Positions 45,918 through 58,593 of a stretch of DNA of 64,000 bases are shown here, one piece after another; the stretch's first letter is position 1, and each line of letters starts with the position of its first letter. This DNA is from Leidyana gryllorum EB-2025a (taxonomy: Eukaryota; Protista; Apicomplexa), in the NCBI GenBank assembly GCA_048772705.1, contig JBLWGC010000141.1:1-64000 (forward strand), read 5' to 3'. The notes beneath the pieces were generated by a model, which worked only from the letters and a program-made list of their open reading frames with translations, ran no database searches and was not told where the DNA came from. A program made the position numbers and the translations under genes.

Positions 45918-46711
45918 GTGACACCTCCATTCCTGACCACCAAGTAATGAGTCTGGAGCGGGGGATGGTTTTGGGCCTATGGCCAACGTACCGCGTCTGA
46001 CTCCAGATCAGAAGGTTGGGTTTTCGAATCACTATGGGCTCAATCAGACTCTTTTGTTTTTCCCGTGTGAGGCTCAACCTGAAAAGAGTGGGATTTGGAC
46101 CCACGCCCTTTCAAACTGCGACTTGAATACAGCGCCTTAGACCCCTCAGCCATCTTATCAGCTCGGTTCCTGTCCCGCTACTCCAAGCGTTCCCTGTCTG
46201 TTGAGGCTAGAGAATGGAAAAGCTGGGCTCTGAGGTTGGGCCGTGCCTCCGACATGGTATCAAAGTTATATCTCCGCCTGCCACGCCAACGATCGGGTGG
46301 GTACCAGCTCTGAACGCATTCATTTCCAATCCCAATGGCTTCATACACTCTTTTAATTCTTGGTCGTGAATGGTTAGCACTGGAGGTTTTGAATCTCCCG
46401 AGCTGGGTTCGATTCCCGGCGCGACTCGCAACTAGTTCTACTTCTTGAAACTTCGCAACTTCTCTTGGTTTCCGCAAAGCTTTCGTGCAGTCATGGTCTA
46501 GTGGTTACTACGTCTGCTTAACACGCAGAAGGTCCCGAGTACGATCCCAGGTGGCTGTAGCTCGAATCTTTGAAGTGAGTGCCACCAAAGCGAGGAAACA
46601 GGCTCTCTCCAAAACAGGGCATCGAACCCGCGTCTTCCGCGTCTTCAACCCTAAAAGTCTTCCTTCTCGAGAACTACACGGACAGAAAACCTGTAAAGTG
46701 GCGAACGCTCC

Positions 46712-46791
46712 GGCAAGATGGCCGAGTGGTCTAAGGCGCTGTGTTCAGGCCGCAGTCCGAAAGGGCGTGGGTTCGAATCCCACTCTTGTCA
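46712..46791 (+). tRNA. trnL: tRNA-Leu(CAG)
   Basis: Intact. Confidence 0.93.
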
Positions 46792-46859
46792 GCCGTTGTA
46801 TTGTATTGGCACTCAGTCCCCTCACTTCACTGGTCGTTTGACCTACAAACAGCTACAGC

Positions 46860-46930
46860 TGCACCTGCCGGGACTCGAACCCGGGTTACGACCTTGGAAG
46901 GGTCGCATCTTACCCTTAGACCACAAGTGC
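46860..46930 (-). tRNA. trnG: tRNA-Gly(TCC)
   Basis: Intact. Confidence 0.92.
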
Positions 46931-47022
46931 AATTGCGAACGATTTGCAGCACCCCGAGAGACTGGGCCAATTTCTGCTCCCAGCTTCAGGTTGAGTAGTA
47001 CTTTGCCAATCACCCCTCTACT

Positions 47023-47102
47023 TCCGGTGGGTCGGAATCGAACCGCCGACTATCTGATGCCAGCACTACAGTCAGATGCTCTACCAACTGAGCTACCCCC
47101 GG
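47023..47102 (-). tRNA. trnY: tRNA-Tyr(GTA) with 7-nt intron
   Basis: Tyr body, one T-stem change. Confidence 0.8.
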
Positions 47103-48137
47103 CCGTCCAACTGCTCCGGGGTTCGAAAGGCTCAACCCCAGATCCTCGCCCTGTCGCACTGCGGTCTGAGCACAGCGCCTTAGACAAATCGACCATCTTG
47201 CCGGGATGTTGTTGGCTCGCCGCTCCACGCGTTTTCTGTGCTTGGAATCTCATAATGGAAGAACTTTTGGGGTTGGAGGCCGGCGTGTTCAGAGCATTTG
47301 AGATAGTATAGTGGTTAGTATTTCCGCCTGTCACTCGGAAGACCCGGGTTCGATTCCCGGTCCGAGCAGTTCCAGCCCCTCAAAACTGCTGCAACTCAGA
47401 TTTTGTCTCAGCTGGTCTGGACTTCATTCGGGATTGTACGAGTGGGAGCCGCGTATAGTAGCCGACCTTGGAGAGACGTGGCATTGAACCCAGGACTTCT
47501 TCCAGCCGAAGAAAGAATCATGTAACTAGACCAAACAGCCCCCTGTGGGTGCCTCAGCCGGGAATCGAGCCTGGCTTCGCACGGCCACAACTTGCTGTCC
47601 CAACCACTAGACGACTCGGACAATCTGCAAGTAGCTATCAAGGCAGTGGGGCATCAATCAGGATGAAATGTAACAGGAGCGTTAGATGCTCTCTAAATGA
47701 GCTACTCCAGGCCGTCCAACTTCTGTGAGGCTCATCGGATACGTGTTTCGAAAGACATACGCCCCGTTCACGGCCCGGAAGCTCCGTACAGCCATGGTCT
47801 ACTGCTTACGACGTGCTTCACACGCAGGAAAGAAAATCCCAAGTTCTATCCTGACAAGGATGGGATTTGGATCCACGCCCATTCGGCGCTGCGCCGTCAC
47901 ATATGTCCCTGCGAGTGCTACAGCTGTCCGCCAGTGTCTGATTGGCACTAAATCATGTATGTCTATGTCCTCTGCATCTAGCGGGAATCGAACGCGGGTC
48001 GTCTCGATGGCAACGAGACATTCTACCACTAGACCACAGATGCATCACTCGTTGTTGTTCAAGCTCGTGCACAATAACGGCCGTTTTGCTTCAAATGAGA
48101 AAAAAAACGAGTTGAGCGAGTATGACGGGTATTTTGT

Positions 48138-48209
48138 GGGTACGTAGCTCAGTGGTAGAGCAGTTGACTGCAGATCAGCAAGTCCGTGGTTCAACTCCGC
48201 GCGTGCCCT
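48138..48209 (+). tRNA. trnC: tRNA-Cys(GCA)
   Basis: Intact. Confidence 0.88.
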
Positions 48210-48418
48210 GAAGATGGTTTGGAACGATCGGAGATGTTGGACCACAAGGCAATGAGTCTGGAGCGGGGGATGATTTTGGGCCTATGGCGGAACGTAGCGC
48301 GTCTGACTCCAGCTTAGAAAATTGGGTGCTGTCCGCCAGTGTCTAAATGGCTCTGATGTTTGATTCCAGCTCTGGGGGATCCAGCATCCGGGTCGGTGCC
48401 ATCTGTCGTTGCAGAAGT

Positions 48419-48492
48419 GGTCGCGTAGCTCAGTCGGTTAGAGCGTGAGCCTAATAAGCTCAAGGTCCTCGGTTCGAGCCCGGGCGTGACCA
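48419..48492 (+). tRNA. trnI: tRNA-Ile(AAT)
   Basis: Intact. Confidence 0.9.
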
Positions 48493-48702
48493 AGTGAGGG
48501 GATCTCTGCTAAAGAGTCGCCCCGCACGCGAGGAAACCACAACATTCTGCGACTAATACGAAAGGAACTTGTTACCAAGTCCGAGCTTCCCTGCCGCGCC
48601 AGCTCCGTCGCTAGAGCGCAAGACTCAATGGTGGAGAGTCCTAGTCAAACTTGCTGAACCGTATGTGGAGCCACTGGCCGCAAAATGCCGAGTTGAACAG
48701 GT

Positions 48703-48784
48703 GGCAACTTGCCCGAGTGGTTAAGGGGGTAGACTAGAAATCTACTGGGCCTGGCCCGCGCTGGTTCAAATCCAGCAGTTGTCG
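48703..48784 (+). tRNA. trnS: tRNA-Ser(AGA)
   Basis: Intact. Confidence 0.92.
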
Positions 48785-49858
48785 TGCGATGTGGTGGAAA
48801 TGATGCAATTCCCAGCATCAAAAACTCATATGGGTCGAGACAGGGAATGCCTCCTTAGCTTAGGGGCAGAGCATTCGCTTTGTAAGCGAAAGGTCGCTGT
48901 TCGATTCCGGCAGGAGGCTTCAGTCATTAGCCTAAACATGGTTGCGATCCTCTGCCCGCATTTCGGACGGCGGCTTGCACACAGCACTCGGCCATCTTGC
49001 CGGAGTGTTCTTGGCTCGCCGTTCCACCCATTTCCTCTCGGTGAAATCTCAAAATGCGAGGACTTCTGGGGTTGGAGGCCGGCGAGTTTACTAGCGCCCG
49101 AGATAGTATAGTGGTCAGTATTTCCGCCTGTCACGCGGGATACCCTGGTTCGATTCCCGGTCTCGGGGCACAGATGGCTTCGCTGAAGATTCTCTCTTTT
49201 AGTTCTCGCTGAACGTCGCGAGCTACAGCCACCGAGGACCGAACTCGGGACCTTTTGGGTGTTGAGCAGACGTCGTAACCACTATACCGTTGACTGCATG
49301 AATGGGCCCCGCAGCCCAAGAGGAGTGGCGAAGTTTTACGGAGCAGTGAAGACCAGTTCCAAGGTCGCGCCGGAAATCGAACCCAGGTCGGGAGATTCAG
49401 AGTCTCCAGTGCTAACCACTCACCACGCAACCGCTTCAGCCCATCCCAGAAGAGTCGGTAGAACTATCCGGACTAGCCCTTTCTCAAATGAACAAACGCA
49501 ACACGAGTCTCTCTACTGACCGCTGAAATAATTAATTGGCTCCTGTATATAGCGCCCAGCGTAGAGCGTTCTATTTGAGTCGGACAATCATTGAAGCACG
49601 CTCTCCGCGAATGCTACCGACAAGGGTGAGATTCGAACTCACGCGGGTGGAACCCAACAGCTTAGCAGGCCGCCGCCTTAACCGCTCGGCCACCTTGCCG
49701 AGAGTGTAACTGATTACATCCTCCCTCGGGAAGGAAACGAATCGGCGACCTTTCGCTTACTAAGCGAATGCTCCCCTAAGCTAAGAAAGCAATACAGGGC
49801 GAAGATCACGAATGAGTCACTGTTGACGGGGATTACTGGAGCACTTCGCTCAAGTAGC

Positions 49859-49931
49859 TTCCACTGCCGGGACTTGAACCCGGATCATGCGGGTGAGAGC
49901 CGCATATCCTAGCCACTTAGACTACAGTGGA
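49859..49931 (-). tRNA. trnE: tRNA-Glu(CTC)
   Basis: Intact. Confidence 0.9.
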
Positions 49932-50975
49932 CAAGTGCCCGAGTTGAGGCTTTGGGCGAGACCCGTACCATCTTGAGATGAGGTGGAGCGTCGGGTCAAC
50001 CTGTCGATCAGTGAAATGAGGGGACCACCTCCCAATACAGGCTGACAAGCGTGGGATTCCAGCCCACGCGATTTAGAAGTGCGGCCTGAACACAGCGCTT
50101 CAGACCACTCGGCCATGTCGAGTAAGTGGTCATACTATGTTGAGAACCAACACATGCGACGGGTCCGCATAACAAAAAGGAGGGTCTTTTGGGGTTGGAG
50201 GCCGGCTTGTTCAGAGCGTCCGAGATAGTATAGTGGTTAGTATTTCCGCCTGTCACGCGGAAGACCCGGCTTCCATTCCCGGTCTCGGAGCACAGTTGGT
50301 TCCGCTGAAGATTGTCTCCTGTGGTTGCCGCTGAAAGTTGCGAGCTGCCACCGAGGATCGGACTCGGGACCTTCTGCGTGTGAAGCAGACGTCGTAACCA
50401 CTAGACCATGGCTGCACGGCTGTTCCCGCAGACCAAAGCAATGGCGAGGTTTTACGAAGTAGTGAGGACTAGTTCCAAGGTCGCGAAGGCAATCGAACCC
50501 AAGTCGGGAGATTCAAAGTCTCCAGTACTAACCACTACACCACGAATCAGCCCTTCTTCAAGAGTTGATTGAGCCATCCGGACCGGAGCTTCCCCACACA
50601 TGCAAAACGGGTTCTTCTACTAACCTCCAAATATTCAACTGGCTCTCGCAGCGCAGTCGGCAAAGCGTGTGATTGTTAAATACCAAGTCGCAGGTCCGCG
50701 GTCTACGGCATCCTGGACCATATTGCGATGCCAAAGTCGATCCAAGGGCTACAGGGCACCCTTCATAGGTCGTAACTCGTGGCTAAATACCGGCAGGTGC
50801 CGTCGTACGAAGTTTGGACGACCTGGGCATCGATTCCAGTACCTCCCGCATGCTAAGCGAGCGCTCTACCATTTGAGCTAGTCGCCCGCTGTGCAGACCG
50901 CATCGCATTTCTTGGTTCTCGACATAGTATGACCACTCTCTCGACTGCACCCAACGGATTGCACCACCGACAGGC

Positions 50976-51047
50976 GGCTGTTTGGTCTAGTGGTATGATT
51001 CTTCCTTCGGGTGGAAGAAGTCCTGGGTTCGATTCCCAGAACAGCCC
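50976..51047 (+). tRNA. trnP: tRNA-Pro(CGG)
   Basis: Intact. Confidence 0.92.
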
Positions 51048-51123
51048 GCTTTGTTGTATCTTGACCCAACCTGCCTGGCAGCATGGTTCTGGGTTCGGGT
51101 GATTCCTCGGAGAAAGTCGGAGG

Positions 51124-51196
51124 GGGAGTGTAGCGCAGTCGGTAGCGCGTAGGTCTCATAATCCTGAATTCGAGAGTTCGATCCTCTCCACTCCCA
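51124..51196 (+). tRNA. trnM: elongator tRNA-Met(CAT)
   Basis: Intact. Confidence 0.9.
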
Positions 51197-51926
51197 CGGT
51201 CGGAATTGAAACCGCCGACAAACTCATCATGCTATCGTTTTGCATCTGTCGGGAATCGCACACAGGTTATCTCGATGGCAGCGAGCGACTCTTCCACTAG
51301 ACCACAGATGCAGAACACGATCTTGTGAATCTTGCGCGTGGTGACAGCCATTCCTCTTAAGCCTATCGATGCATCAAAGCCTTCTGCCGGAATCGAACCG
51401 GCGACTTCTCGCTGACGAAGCGAACGCTCCGCCCCTAAGCTGAGAAGGCAATGTAAGCCGGGTATGACGAAAAAGCGCTATCGACGGAGATTAGTGGAGC
51501 ACTTTGCTCAAGTATTTAAATGACTTCCACTGCCGGGACTTGAACCTGGATCGTGCGGGTGAAAGCCGCATATCCTAGCCACTTAGACTACAGTGGACAA
51601 CTTCTTCAGCTGCAGCTTTGGACGAAAGCCGTACCATCTCGAGATGAGATCTTTTTGCACTTCCCCAGATTTGAAACCGCCTCGTATCGAGCGCGCGTCG
51701 TCTCAATGGCACGGAAACATTCGAGCCCTTGACCGCATTTATTTCCAGTCCCAATGGCTTCACTCACTCTTTTGAATCTTGGTCGTGAATGGTTCCGTGT
51801 TGTAGTGGTTAGCACTGGAGACTTTGAATCTCCCGACCTCGGTTCGATTCCCGGCGCGACCTCGCAACTAGTCATCACTACGTCTTGAAACTTCGCAACT
51901 TCTCTTGGTCTGCGGAAAGCTTTCAT

Positions 51927-51999
51927 GCAGCCATGGTCTAGTGGTTACGACGTCTGCTTAACACGCAGAAGGTCCCGAGTTCGATCCTCGGTGGCTGTA
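51927..51999 (+). tRNA. trnV: tRNA-Val(AAC)
   Basis: Intact. Confidence 0.92.
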
Positions 52000-52159
52000 G
52001 CTGGAACATGTGAAGTGAGCTCCACCCAAAGCGAGGAAACGTGCTGTCTTCGAGACAGGGCATCGAACCCGCGTCTTCCGCGTCTTCAACCCTAGAAGTC
52101 TTCCTTCTCGAGAACTTCACGGACAAAAACCGCGTGGAGCGACGAACCAACAAGACTGC

Positions 52160-52239
52160 GGCAAGATGGCCGAGTGGTCTAAGGCGCTGTGTTCAGGCCG
52201 CAGTCCGAAAGGGCGTGGGTTCGAATCCCACTCTTGTCA
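52160..52239 (+). tRNA. trnL: tRNA-Leu(CAG)
   Basis: Intact. Confidence 0.93.
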
Positions 52240-52525
52240 GCCCGAACGGTAAAGCGCTCGTTGGCATGGGTCGGTACCCAGGTCGTCCAATCTTACCGGA
52301 ACTCGAGTTTGGCACCGCGGAGCACCCCGGATCTGCTTCCACAGAGAGGAAACGCGTGGTTGGCGGGAGCGTCACCGAGCTGGCAACATGGCCGAGTGGT
52401 CTGAGGGCACGTGCGCAAGCCGCGGTCCGAATGGGCGTTGGTTCGAATCCCACTCTTGTCAGCCGTTGAATAGGCAGTCGGTCCCCTAAGTTCACTGATA
52501 GACCGTCGTTCAAGCTACATACGGC

Positions 52526-52596
52526 TGCACCTGCCGGGACTCGAACCCGGGTTACGACCTTGGAAGGGTCGCATCTTACCCTTAGACCACAAGTGC
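52526..52596 (-). tRNA. trnG: tRNA-Gly(TCC)
   Basis: Intact. Confidence 0.92.
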
Positions 52597-52819
52597 AATT
52601 GCGAAAGGGCCGCAGCACCCCGAGAGATTCGGGCGATTTCTGCGTCGAGCTGTCTGCAACCTACAAAAAACGGACTGTTCGGGAATCGAATCGAACACTC
52701 CCCCAGGCGAGGGAAGAATATACCACTAGCACTTCAACTCGACATGGGCGGCAGTGGGTCCCCATACAGCTAGCAAGCTTGCCTCGGCCAAAACGGAACG
52801 GATTCCGAGTGAGAGGCTG

Positions 52820-52892
52820 TGGTGCGGATGGGACTCGAACCCACAACTCCCGGTTCCGAAGACCGATGCCCTATCCATCAGGCCACCGCACC
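52820..52892 (-). tRNA. trnR: tRNA-Arg(TCG)
   Basis: Arg body. Confidence 0.87.
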
Positions 52893-53399
52893 ATGGATAA
52901 GCTTCGGTCATCTCGATACTGGTTGGGTGAAAGGAGTATTTGATCTCAAAACCTCCCCCAAACCGTTGTTAAAAGTGCAGCGAGTAAGACATGTCGCTGG
53001 CAACCTCGGGGCGGCACGGACGCGGCGCATTCTGATACTCGATGTGACGACCTCTTTGCCTCGCCGGCGGATCGAACACGGAACTTCCAAGTCTTGTCTA
53101 GCGCTCTCTAACTGAGCTTCCTGCGCGCGAGAAAGTCATGGAGCGCGGTGAAGATGAGTGACCCACCGCATGTGCGAGCCAGTCTTGCCAAACCGTATGT
53201 GAAGCCGCTGGCCGCAAAATGCCGAGCTCGACAGATGGCAACTGGCCCGAGTGCTCAAGGTCTGAGTATGCACGCGGTCGGCCTCAATGTGGCGCCTGAC
53301 TTTGCCAGCCTGTAACCCTGCACACCCCATAGCATTTGGTTCTTGACATGTTATGACCAGTCTCCCGACTCTACCAGCAATTTGCACCACCGATCAGTC

Positions 53400-53471
53400 G
53401 GCTGTTTGGTCTAGTGGTATGATCCTTCCTTAGGGTGGAAGGAGTCCTGGGTTCGATTCCCAGAACAGCCC
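53400..53471 (+). tRNA. trnP: tRNA-Pro(AGG)
   Basis: Intact. Confidence 0.92.
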
Positions 53472-53658
53472 TCTTGGTCGTCGGTTACCCGACGGGACAA
53501 GTTGCCTTCAGAACCAACACAGCCACCTCGTTAGTCCACCTCCGTAGGGCAGTCACGGCAACTAACATCTAGAGAATCGCATTTCGGCTAAGTCGACGAC
53601 CTTGGAAAGGGGTTCCAAGAGCACAAATGCCGTCTAGAGAGTACGGTGCCGCATAACC

Positions 53659-53731
53659 CGGTCCTGGCAGGTTTCGAACCTGCGACTTTGTGGTTAACAG
53701 CCACACGCTCTGCCGACTGAGCTACAAGACC
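53659..53731 (-). tRNA. trnN: tRNA-Asn(GTT)
   Basis: Intact. Confidence 0.92.
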
Positions 53732-54165
53732 CAGCTACAATGTTTCAGAGGTTAGTATAGAGATCCTCCCTTATTCTACCGCAGGATTCTGCAATCACGT
53801 CTTGTCAAGAGGGTACGGCTCTCGGCTAAAGCTGCAGCTGAGGGAGTTGTCCACTGTAGTCTAAGTGGCTAGGATATGCGGCTCTCACCCGCACGATCCG
53901 GCTTCAAGTCCCGGCAGTGGAGAGTGTGCTTGCAGGCAACAGTTCCATTCTTACTTCCAGGGGATATAGATCCACTCCGCCCGCGGGGCTCGAACCCGCG
54001 ACTGCAAGATTAAGAGTCTTGCGCTCTACCGACTGAGCTAGGGCGGCAGGAGAGCAAGGACACAAAACCCGATAGCCTGACATCTAAAGTGGCTTTGGTA
54101 CCCACCAGCCTCACATAGAGACGAGTCTCTCGACTGTACCCAGCGGGTTGAACCACCGACAATGT

Positions 54166-54237
54166 GGCTGTTTGGTCTAGTGGTATGATTCTTCCTTCGG
54201 GTGGAAGAAGTCCTGGGTTCGATTCCCAGAACAGCCC
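54166..54237 (+). tRNA. trnP: tRNA-Pro(CGG)
   Basis: Intact. Confidence 0.9.
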
Positions 54238-54338
54238 GTCTGATAGTTGTTGACGCAACACGGCACTCGACCCATCCCGAACAGCTAAGACAGGATCTGA
54301 GTTGTTGACTCAACAGGCTGCAACCCGGGCATTCGCCC

Positions 54339-54411
54339 AGACGCTACTGGGACTCGAACCCAGAATCCCCGGTTCCGTAGACCGATGCCATATCCATTAG
54401 GCCATAGCGCC
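54339..54411 (-). tRNA. trnR: tRNA-Arg(ACG)
   Basis: CTACGGA loop. Confidence 0.9.
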
Positions 54412-54679
54412 GACTAGCGGAGCCGTCAAATGGAAGTGTGTAGCGATCAAGACGACATGGGCAGCTACGCTCGATGGTGGGTCTGGACAGACTTCACCCA
54501 CATCTCCCATTCGAGACATCGGGGACATACTATCCAAGCCAGGATTCGGGCCTGGGTATGCAGGGCCACAACTTGCTGTTGTAAGCACCTAGACGACCCG
54601 GACAATCTTCAAGTGAGGCTGGTGGGTACCAAAGCCACTTAAGATGTCGGGCTATCGGGTTTTGTGTCCTTGCATTCCT

Positions 54680-54752
54680 GCCGCCCTAGCTCAGTCGGTT
54701 GAGCGCAAGACTCTTAATCTTGCAGTCGCGGGTTCGAGCCCCGCGGGCGGTG
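54680..54752 (+). tRNA. trnK: tRNA-Lys(CTT)
   Basis: Lys body. Confidence 0.87.
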
Positions 54753-55610
54753 AGCATCTATTTCCCTGGGAGTAAGAATGGAACTGTTGCCTACAAGCAC
54801 ACTCAGCTGGAGTTCCACTTCCGGGACTGGAACCCGGATCGTGCGGGTGGGAGCCGCATATCCCAGCCACTTAGACTACAGTGGACGAGTCACAACAGTT
54901 GCACTGACGAATGATGCGCCAGAGAAGTGTGACTCGGTCTCAGATTGGAAGTTCACCTAGGTTTGGCGGGTGGGTGGCTATCTCAAGTGGTAAAGCGGTG
55001 ACTTTGCACGCGAGAGGTCAGTTTAGACATCTATCAATGCCGCAGGGCAGGCTGAACATGGGGGGTTCGATTCCGGGCGCGACCTTGGAACTGGTCCTCA
55101 CTACTCCCTGAAACTTCGCCACTTCTCTTGGGCTGCGGGGACCATTCATGCAGCCACGGTCTAGTGGTTACGACGTCTGCTTAACACGCAGAAAGTCCGA
55201 GGTGAATCCTCGGTGGCTGTAGCTCCCACGCTCTAGTGGTTACGACGTCTGCTTAACACGCAGAAAGTCCGAGGTGAATCCTCGGTGGTGTAACTCCCAA
55301 CTTTCAGCGAGAACCAAAGGAGAGAATCTTAAGCGAAACCACCTGTGCTCCGAGACCGGGAATGGAACCGGGGTCTTCCGCGTGACAGGCGGAAATACTA
55401 ACCACTATACTATCTCGGACGCTCTGGACACGCCGGCCTCCAATCCCAGAAGTCTTTCTATTTTGGCTCACGGACAAAAAACGCGTGGAGCGATGAACCA
55501 ACAACACTGTCGCAAGATAGCCGAGTTGTCTAAGGCGCTGTGCTCAAGCCGCTGTCCGAAAGGGCGAGGATCTGGGGTTGAGCCTTTTGAACCCCGGAGC
55601 AGTTAGACGG

Positions 55611-55690
55611 CCGGGGGTAGCTCAGTTGGTAGAGCATCTGACTGTAGTGCTGGCATCAGATAGTCGGCGGTTCGATTCCGTCCCACCGGA
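55611..55690 (+). tRNA. trnY: tRNA-Tyr(GTA) with 7-nt intron
   Basis: Matches the 17361 copy. Confidence 0.88.
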
Positions 55691-56125
55691 AGTAGAGTGG
55701 TGATCGGCAAAGTACTACTCAACCTGATGGTGTTGGCAGACAGTGTTGATAGGCCAACTAGACTACTCCGGCGGGTTCCATCTATCTAGTTCGGATGAGC
55801 TGAGAATCGATCCCAGAACCTTTCGTACACTAAGCACCGTTTCATCATCTGGGCTTGCCTCCCTCTGTGCCTACCTCATGGCATTGAGTGATACTTCACA
55901 TAGTGAGACGAGTCTCTCGACTGTACCCAGCGGGTTGAACCACCGACTAGGCGGCTGTTTGGTCTGGTGGTATGATCCTTCCTTAGGGTGGAAAGAGTCC
56001 CGGGTTCGATTCCCAGAACAGCCCGTCTGATAGTTGTTGACGCAACACGGCACTCGACCCATCCCGGACAGCTAAGACGGGATCTGAGTTGTTGACTCCG
56101 CAGGCTGCAACCCGGCCATTCGCCC

Positions 56126-56198
56126 AGACGCTACTGGGACTCGAACCCAGAATCCCCGGTTCCGTAGACCGATGCCATATCCATTAGGCCCTAGCGCC
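56126..56198 (-). tRNA. trnR: tRNA-Arg(ACG)
   Basis: Arg body. Confidence 0.82.
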
Positions 56199-56431
56199 GA
56201 CTAGCGGAGCCGTCAAATGGAAGTGTGTAGCGATCAAGACAGGACATGGGCAGCGACGCCCGATGGTGGGTCTGGACAGACTTCACCCACATCTCCCATT
56301 CAAAACATCGGGGACATACTATCCAAGCCAGGATTCGGGCCTGGGTATGCACGGCCACAACTTGCTGAGGCTGGTGGGTACCAAAGCCACTTTAGTTGTC
56401 AGGCTATCGGGTTTTGTGTCGTTGCTTTCTT

Positions 56432-56504
56432 GCCGCCCTAGCTCAGTCGGTAGAGCGCAAGACTCTTAATCTTGCAGTCGCGGGTTCGAGCCCCGCGGGC
56501 GGTG
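56432..56504 (+). tRNA. trnK: tRNA-Lys(CTT)
   Basis: Intact. Confidence 0.93.
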
Positions 56505-56728
56505 TGGGTCTGTTGCCTACAAGCACACTCAGCTGGATTTCCACTGCCGGGACTTGAACCCGGATCGTGCGGGTGAGAGCCGCAAATCCTAGCCACTTAG
56601 ACTATAGTGGACAACTTCCTCAGCTGCAGCTTTAGCCGAGAGCCGTACCCTCTTGACAAGACGTGGTTGCAGAATCCTGTTGTAGAAAAAGGAGGATCTC
56701 TATACTAACCTCTGAACCATTGCAGCTG

Positions 56729-56801
56729 GGTCTTGTAGCTCAGTCGGCAGAGCGTGTGGCTGTTAACCACAAAGTCGCAGGTTCGAAACCTGCCAGGACC
56801 G
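56729..56801 (+). tRNA. trnN: tRNA-Asn(GTT)
   Basis: Intact. Confidence 0.92.
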
Positions 56802-56916
56802 GTTTCAGAGGCACACTAAACACTGAGTGCCCTGGTGTGCCAATGGCACTTATGGTCTGCGACCCTTCAAAGATGGAAGTTTGTTTGGATCCCGCCACGT
56901 GCAGCCGTACGTACTT

Positions 56917-56989
56917 TGGACGACCTGGGTATCGATCCCAGTACCTCTCGCATGCGAAGCGAGCGCTCTACCATCTGAGCTAGCCGCCC
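56917..56989 (-). tRNA. trnA: tRNA-Ala(CGC)
   Basis: Intact. Confidence 0.92.
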
Positions 56990-57013
56990 ATCCGCTCATC
57001 CGCTCTACATGGA

Positions 57014-57319
57014 TGATGCGTCATTTTGAACCTGATCTGCATTCTTTCAGTTAAGCCCCAGAGTCAATGACGGCCTAAGGCCTTTAGGTTAAGCTAGATC
57101 TACGTGCCAGCCTGGTTAAGGGAGACACGAGCACGGCACACACGTTTTTATTATTCATTTTTCATTACATTCCAATACAACTAATTCAATTACGGGCACT
57201 TACCAAACCAAAACCCAACTTCAGAATACCCAGATTAGCCATCAGTACAGATTATGGACCCAATGCATCCAACTAGGGACGGAACCAGCGATTCGGCGCA
57301 TGTTCCGCCTATCAAACCA
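57014..57319 (-). mobile_element. Solo LTR-like insertion, family A, copy 2 (306 bp, TSD ATGGA)
   Basis: Same TSD (57009-57013, 57320-57324) and flanks as 4118-4418. Confidence 0.8.
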
Positions 57320-57368
57320 ATGGAAGACCTATTGCATCCAGTGGCTGACCGAGGGCCGATACAACGGC

Positions 57369-57448
57369 TGACAAGAGTGGGATTCGAACCCACGCCCTTT
57401 CGGACTGCGGCCTTAACACAGCGCCTTGGACCACTCGGCCATCTTGCC
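57369..57448 (-). tRNA. trnL: tRNA-Leu(AAG)
   Basis: Intact. Confidence 0.92.
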
Positions 57449-57668
57449 GGAGTGCCCTTGGCTCGCCACTTTACACGCTTTCTGTCCGTGAAGTCTCGAG
57501 AAGGGAGGACTATTGGGGTTGAAGGCCGGGGTATCCACGAGCGTCCGAGATAGTATAGTGCTTAGTATTTCCGCCTGTCACTCGGAAGACCCGGGTTCGA
57601 TTACCGGTCTCGGAGACACTTCGTTCTTCCGCTTTAGATTTCGTGGTGCTCGCCTGACAAACGCGAGT

Positions 57669-57741
57669 TACAGCCACCGAGGATCGAACTCGGGACCTTC
57701 TGCGTGTTAAGCAGACGTCGTGACCACTAGACCATGGCTGC
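57669..57741 (-). tRNA. trnV: tRNA-Val(AAC)
   Basis: Intact. Confidence 0.9.
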
Positions 57742-58276
57742 ACGGAAGGTCCCGCAGATCAAGAGGAGTATTGAGGTTTCACAAAGCAGTGAGAATTAGT
57801 TGTGAGGTCGCGCCGGGAATCGAACCCAGATCGGGAGATTCAGAGTCTCCAGTGCTAACCACTACACCACGCAACCCATTCACTCCTTCACAAAAAGAGT
57901 TGGTAGAGCCTCCGGACTAGCCCTCAACCAGACATATGCAACACGCGTATCTCTACTAACCTGAGCGTGTGGTTGTAAAATACAAACTCGCAGATCCGGT
58001 CTCTGAGGCAACCTTCACACATACTGCGGTGCCCAAGTCCATCTAAGGGCTACAGGGCACCCTCAAAGCTCTCAACTCTGTAGTCAAATAGCGCCAGTTG
58101 CAGCACTACAAACTTTGGACGACCTGGGCATTGATCCCAGTACCTCTTGCACGCTAAGCGAGCGCTTCACCATTTGAGCTAGTCCCCCGCTGTGCAGACC
58201 CCATCGCATTTAGTGGTACTTCACATAGTATGACCACTCTCTCGAGTGTACCCAGCGGGTTGCACGACCGACAGGC

Positions 58277-58348
58277 GGCTGTTTGGTCTAGTGGTATGAT
58301 CCTTCCTTAGGGTGGAAGGAGTCCTGGGTTCGATTCCCAGAACAGCCC
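58277..58348 (+). tRNA. trnP: tRNA-Pro(AGG)
   Basis: Intact. Confidence 0.92.
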
Positions 58349-58593
58349 TCTGGGTTGTCGGTTGACCCGATGGGATAAGCAGTTTTAGAAGTAACACAGC
58401 CACCGCGTCGACACTCAAGGCAATTAACATCTCAAGAATTGCATTTCGGCTACCTCTTCCATGTTGCAGACTAAGCAGTGCAGCTCAGCGGAAGAGTGTT
58501 GGGCTCATAACCCAAAGGTCAGTCGATCGAAACGACTCACTGCTAAGTGTGCGCAAAAGGGAAGCAGTCTAGAATAGATCGGCTCGTGACCAA

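Larger units (their letters stand above)
49800..53920 (+). repeat. Direct segmental duplication, copy 2 (with 222-bp extra module)
   Basis: Matches 40255-44155. Confidence 0.88.
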
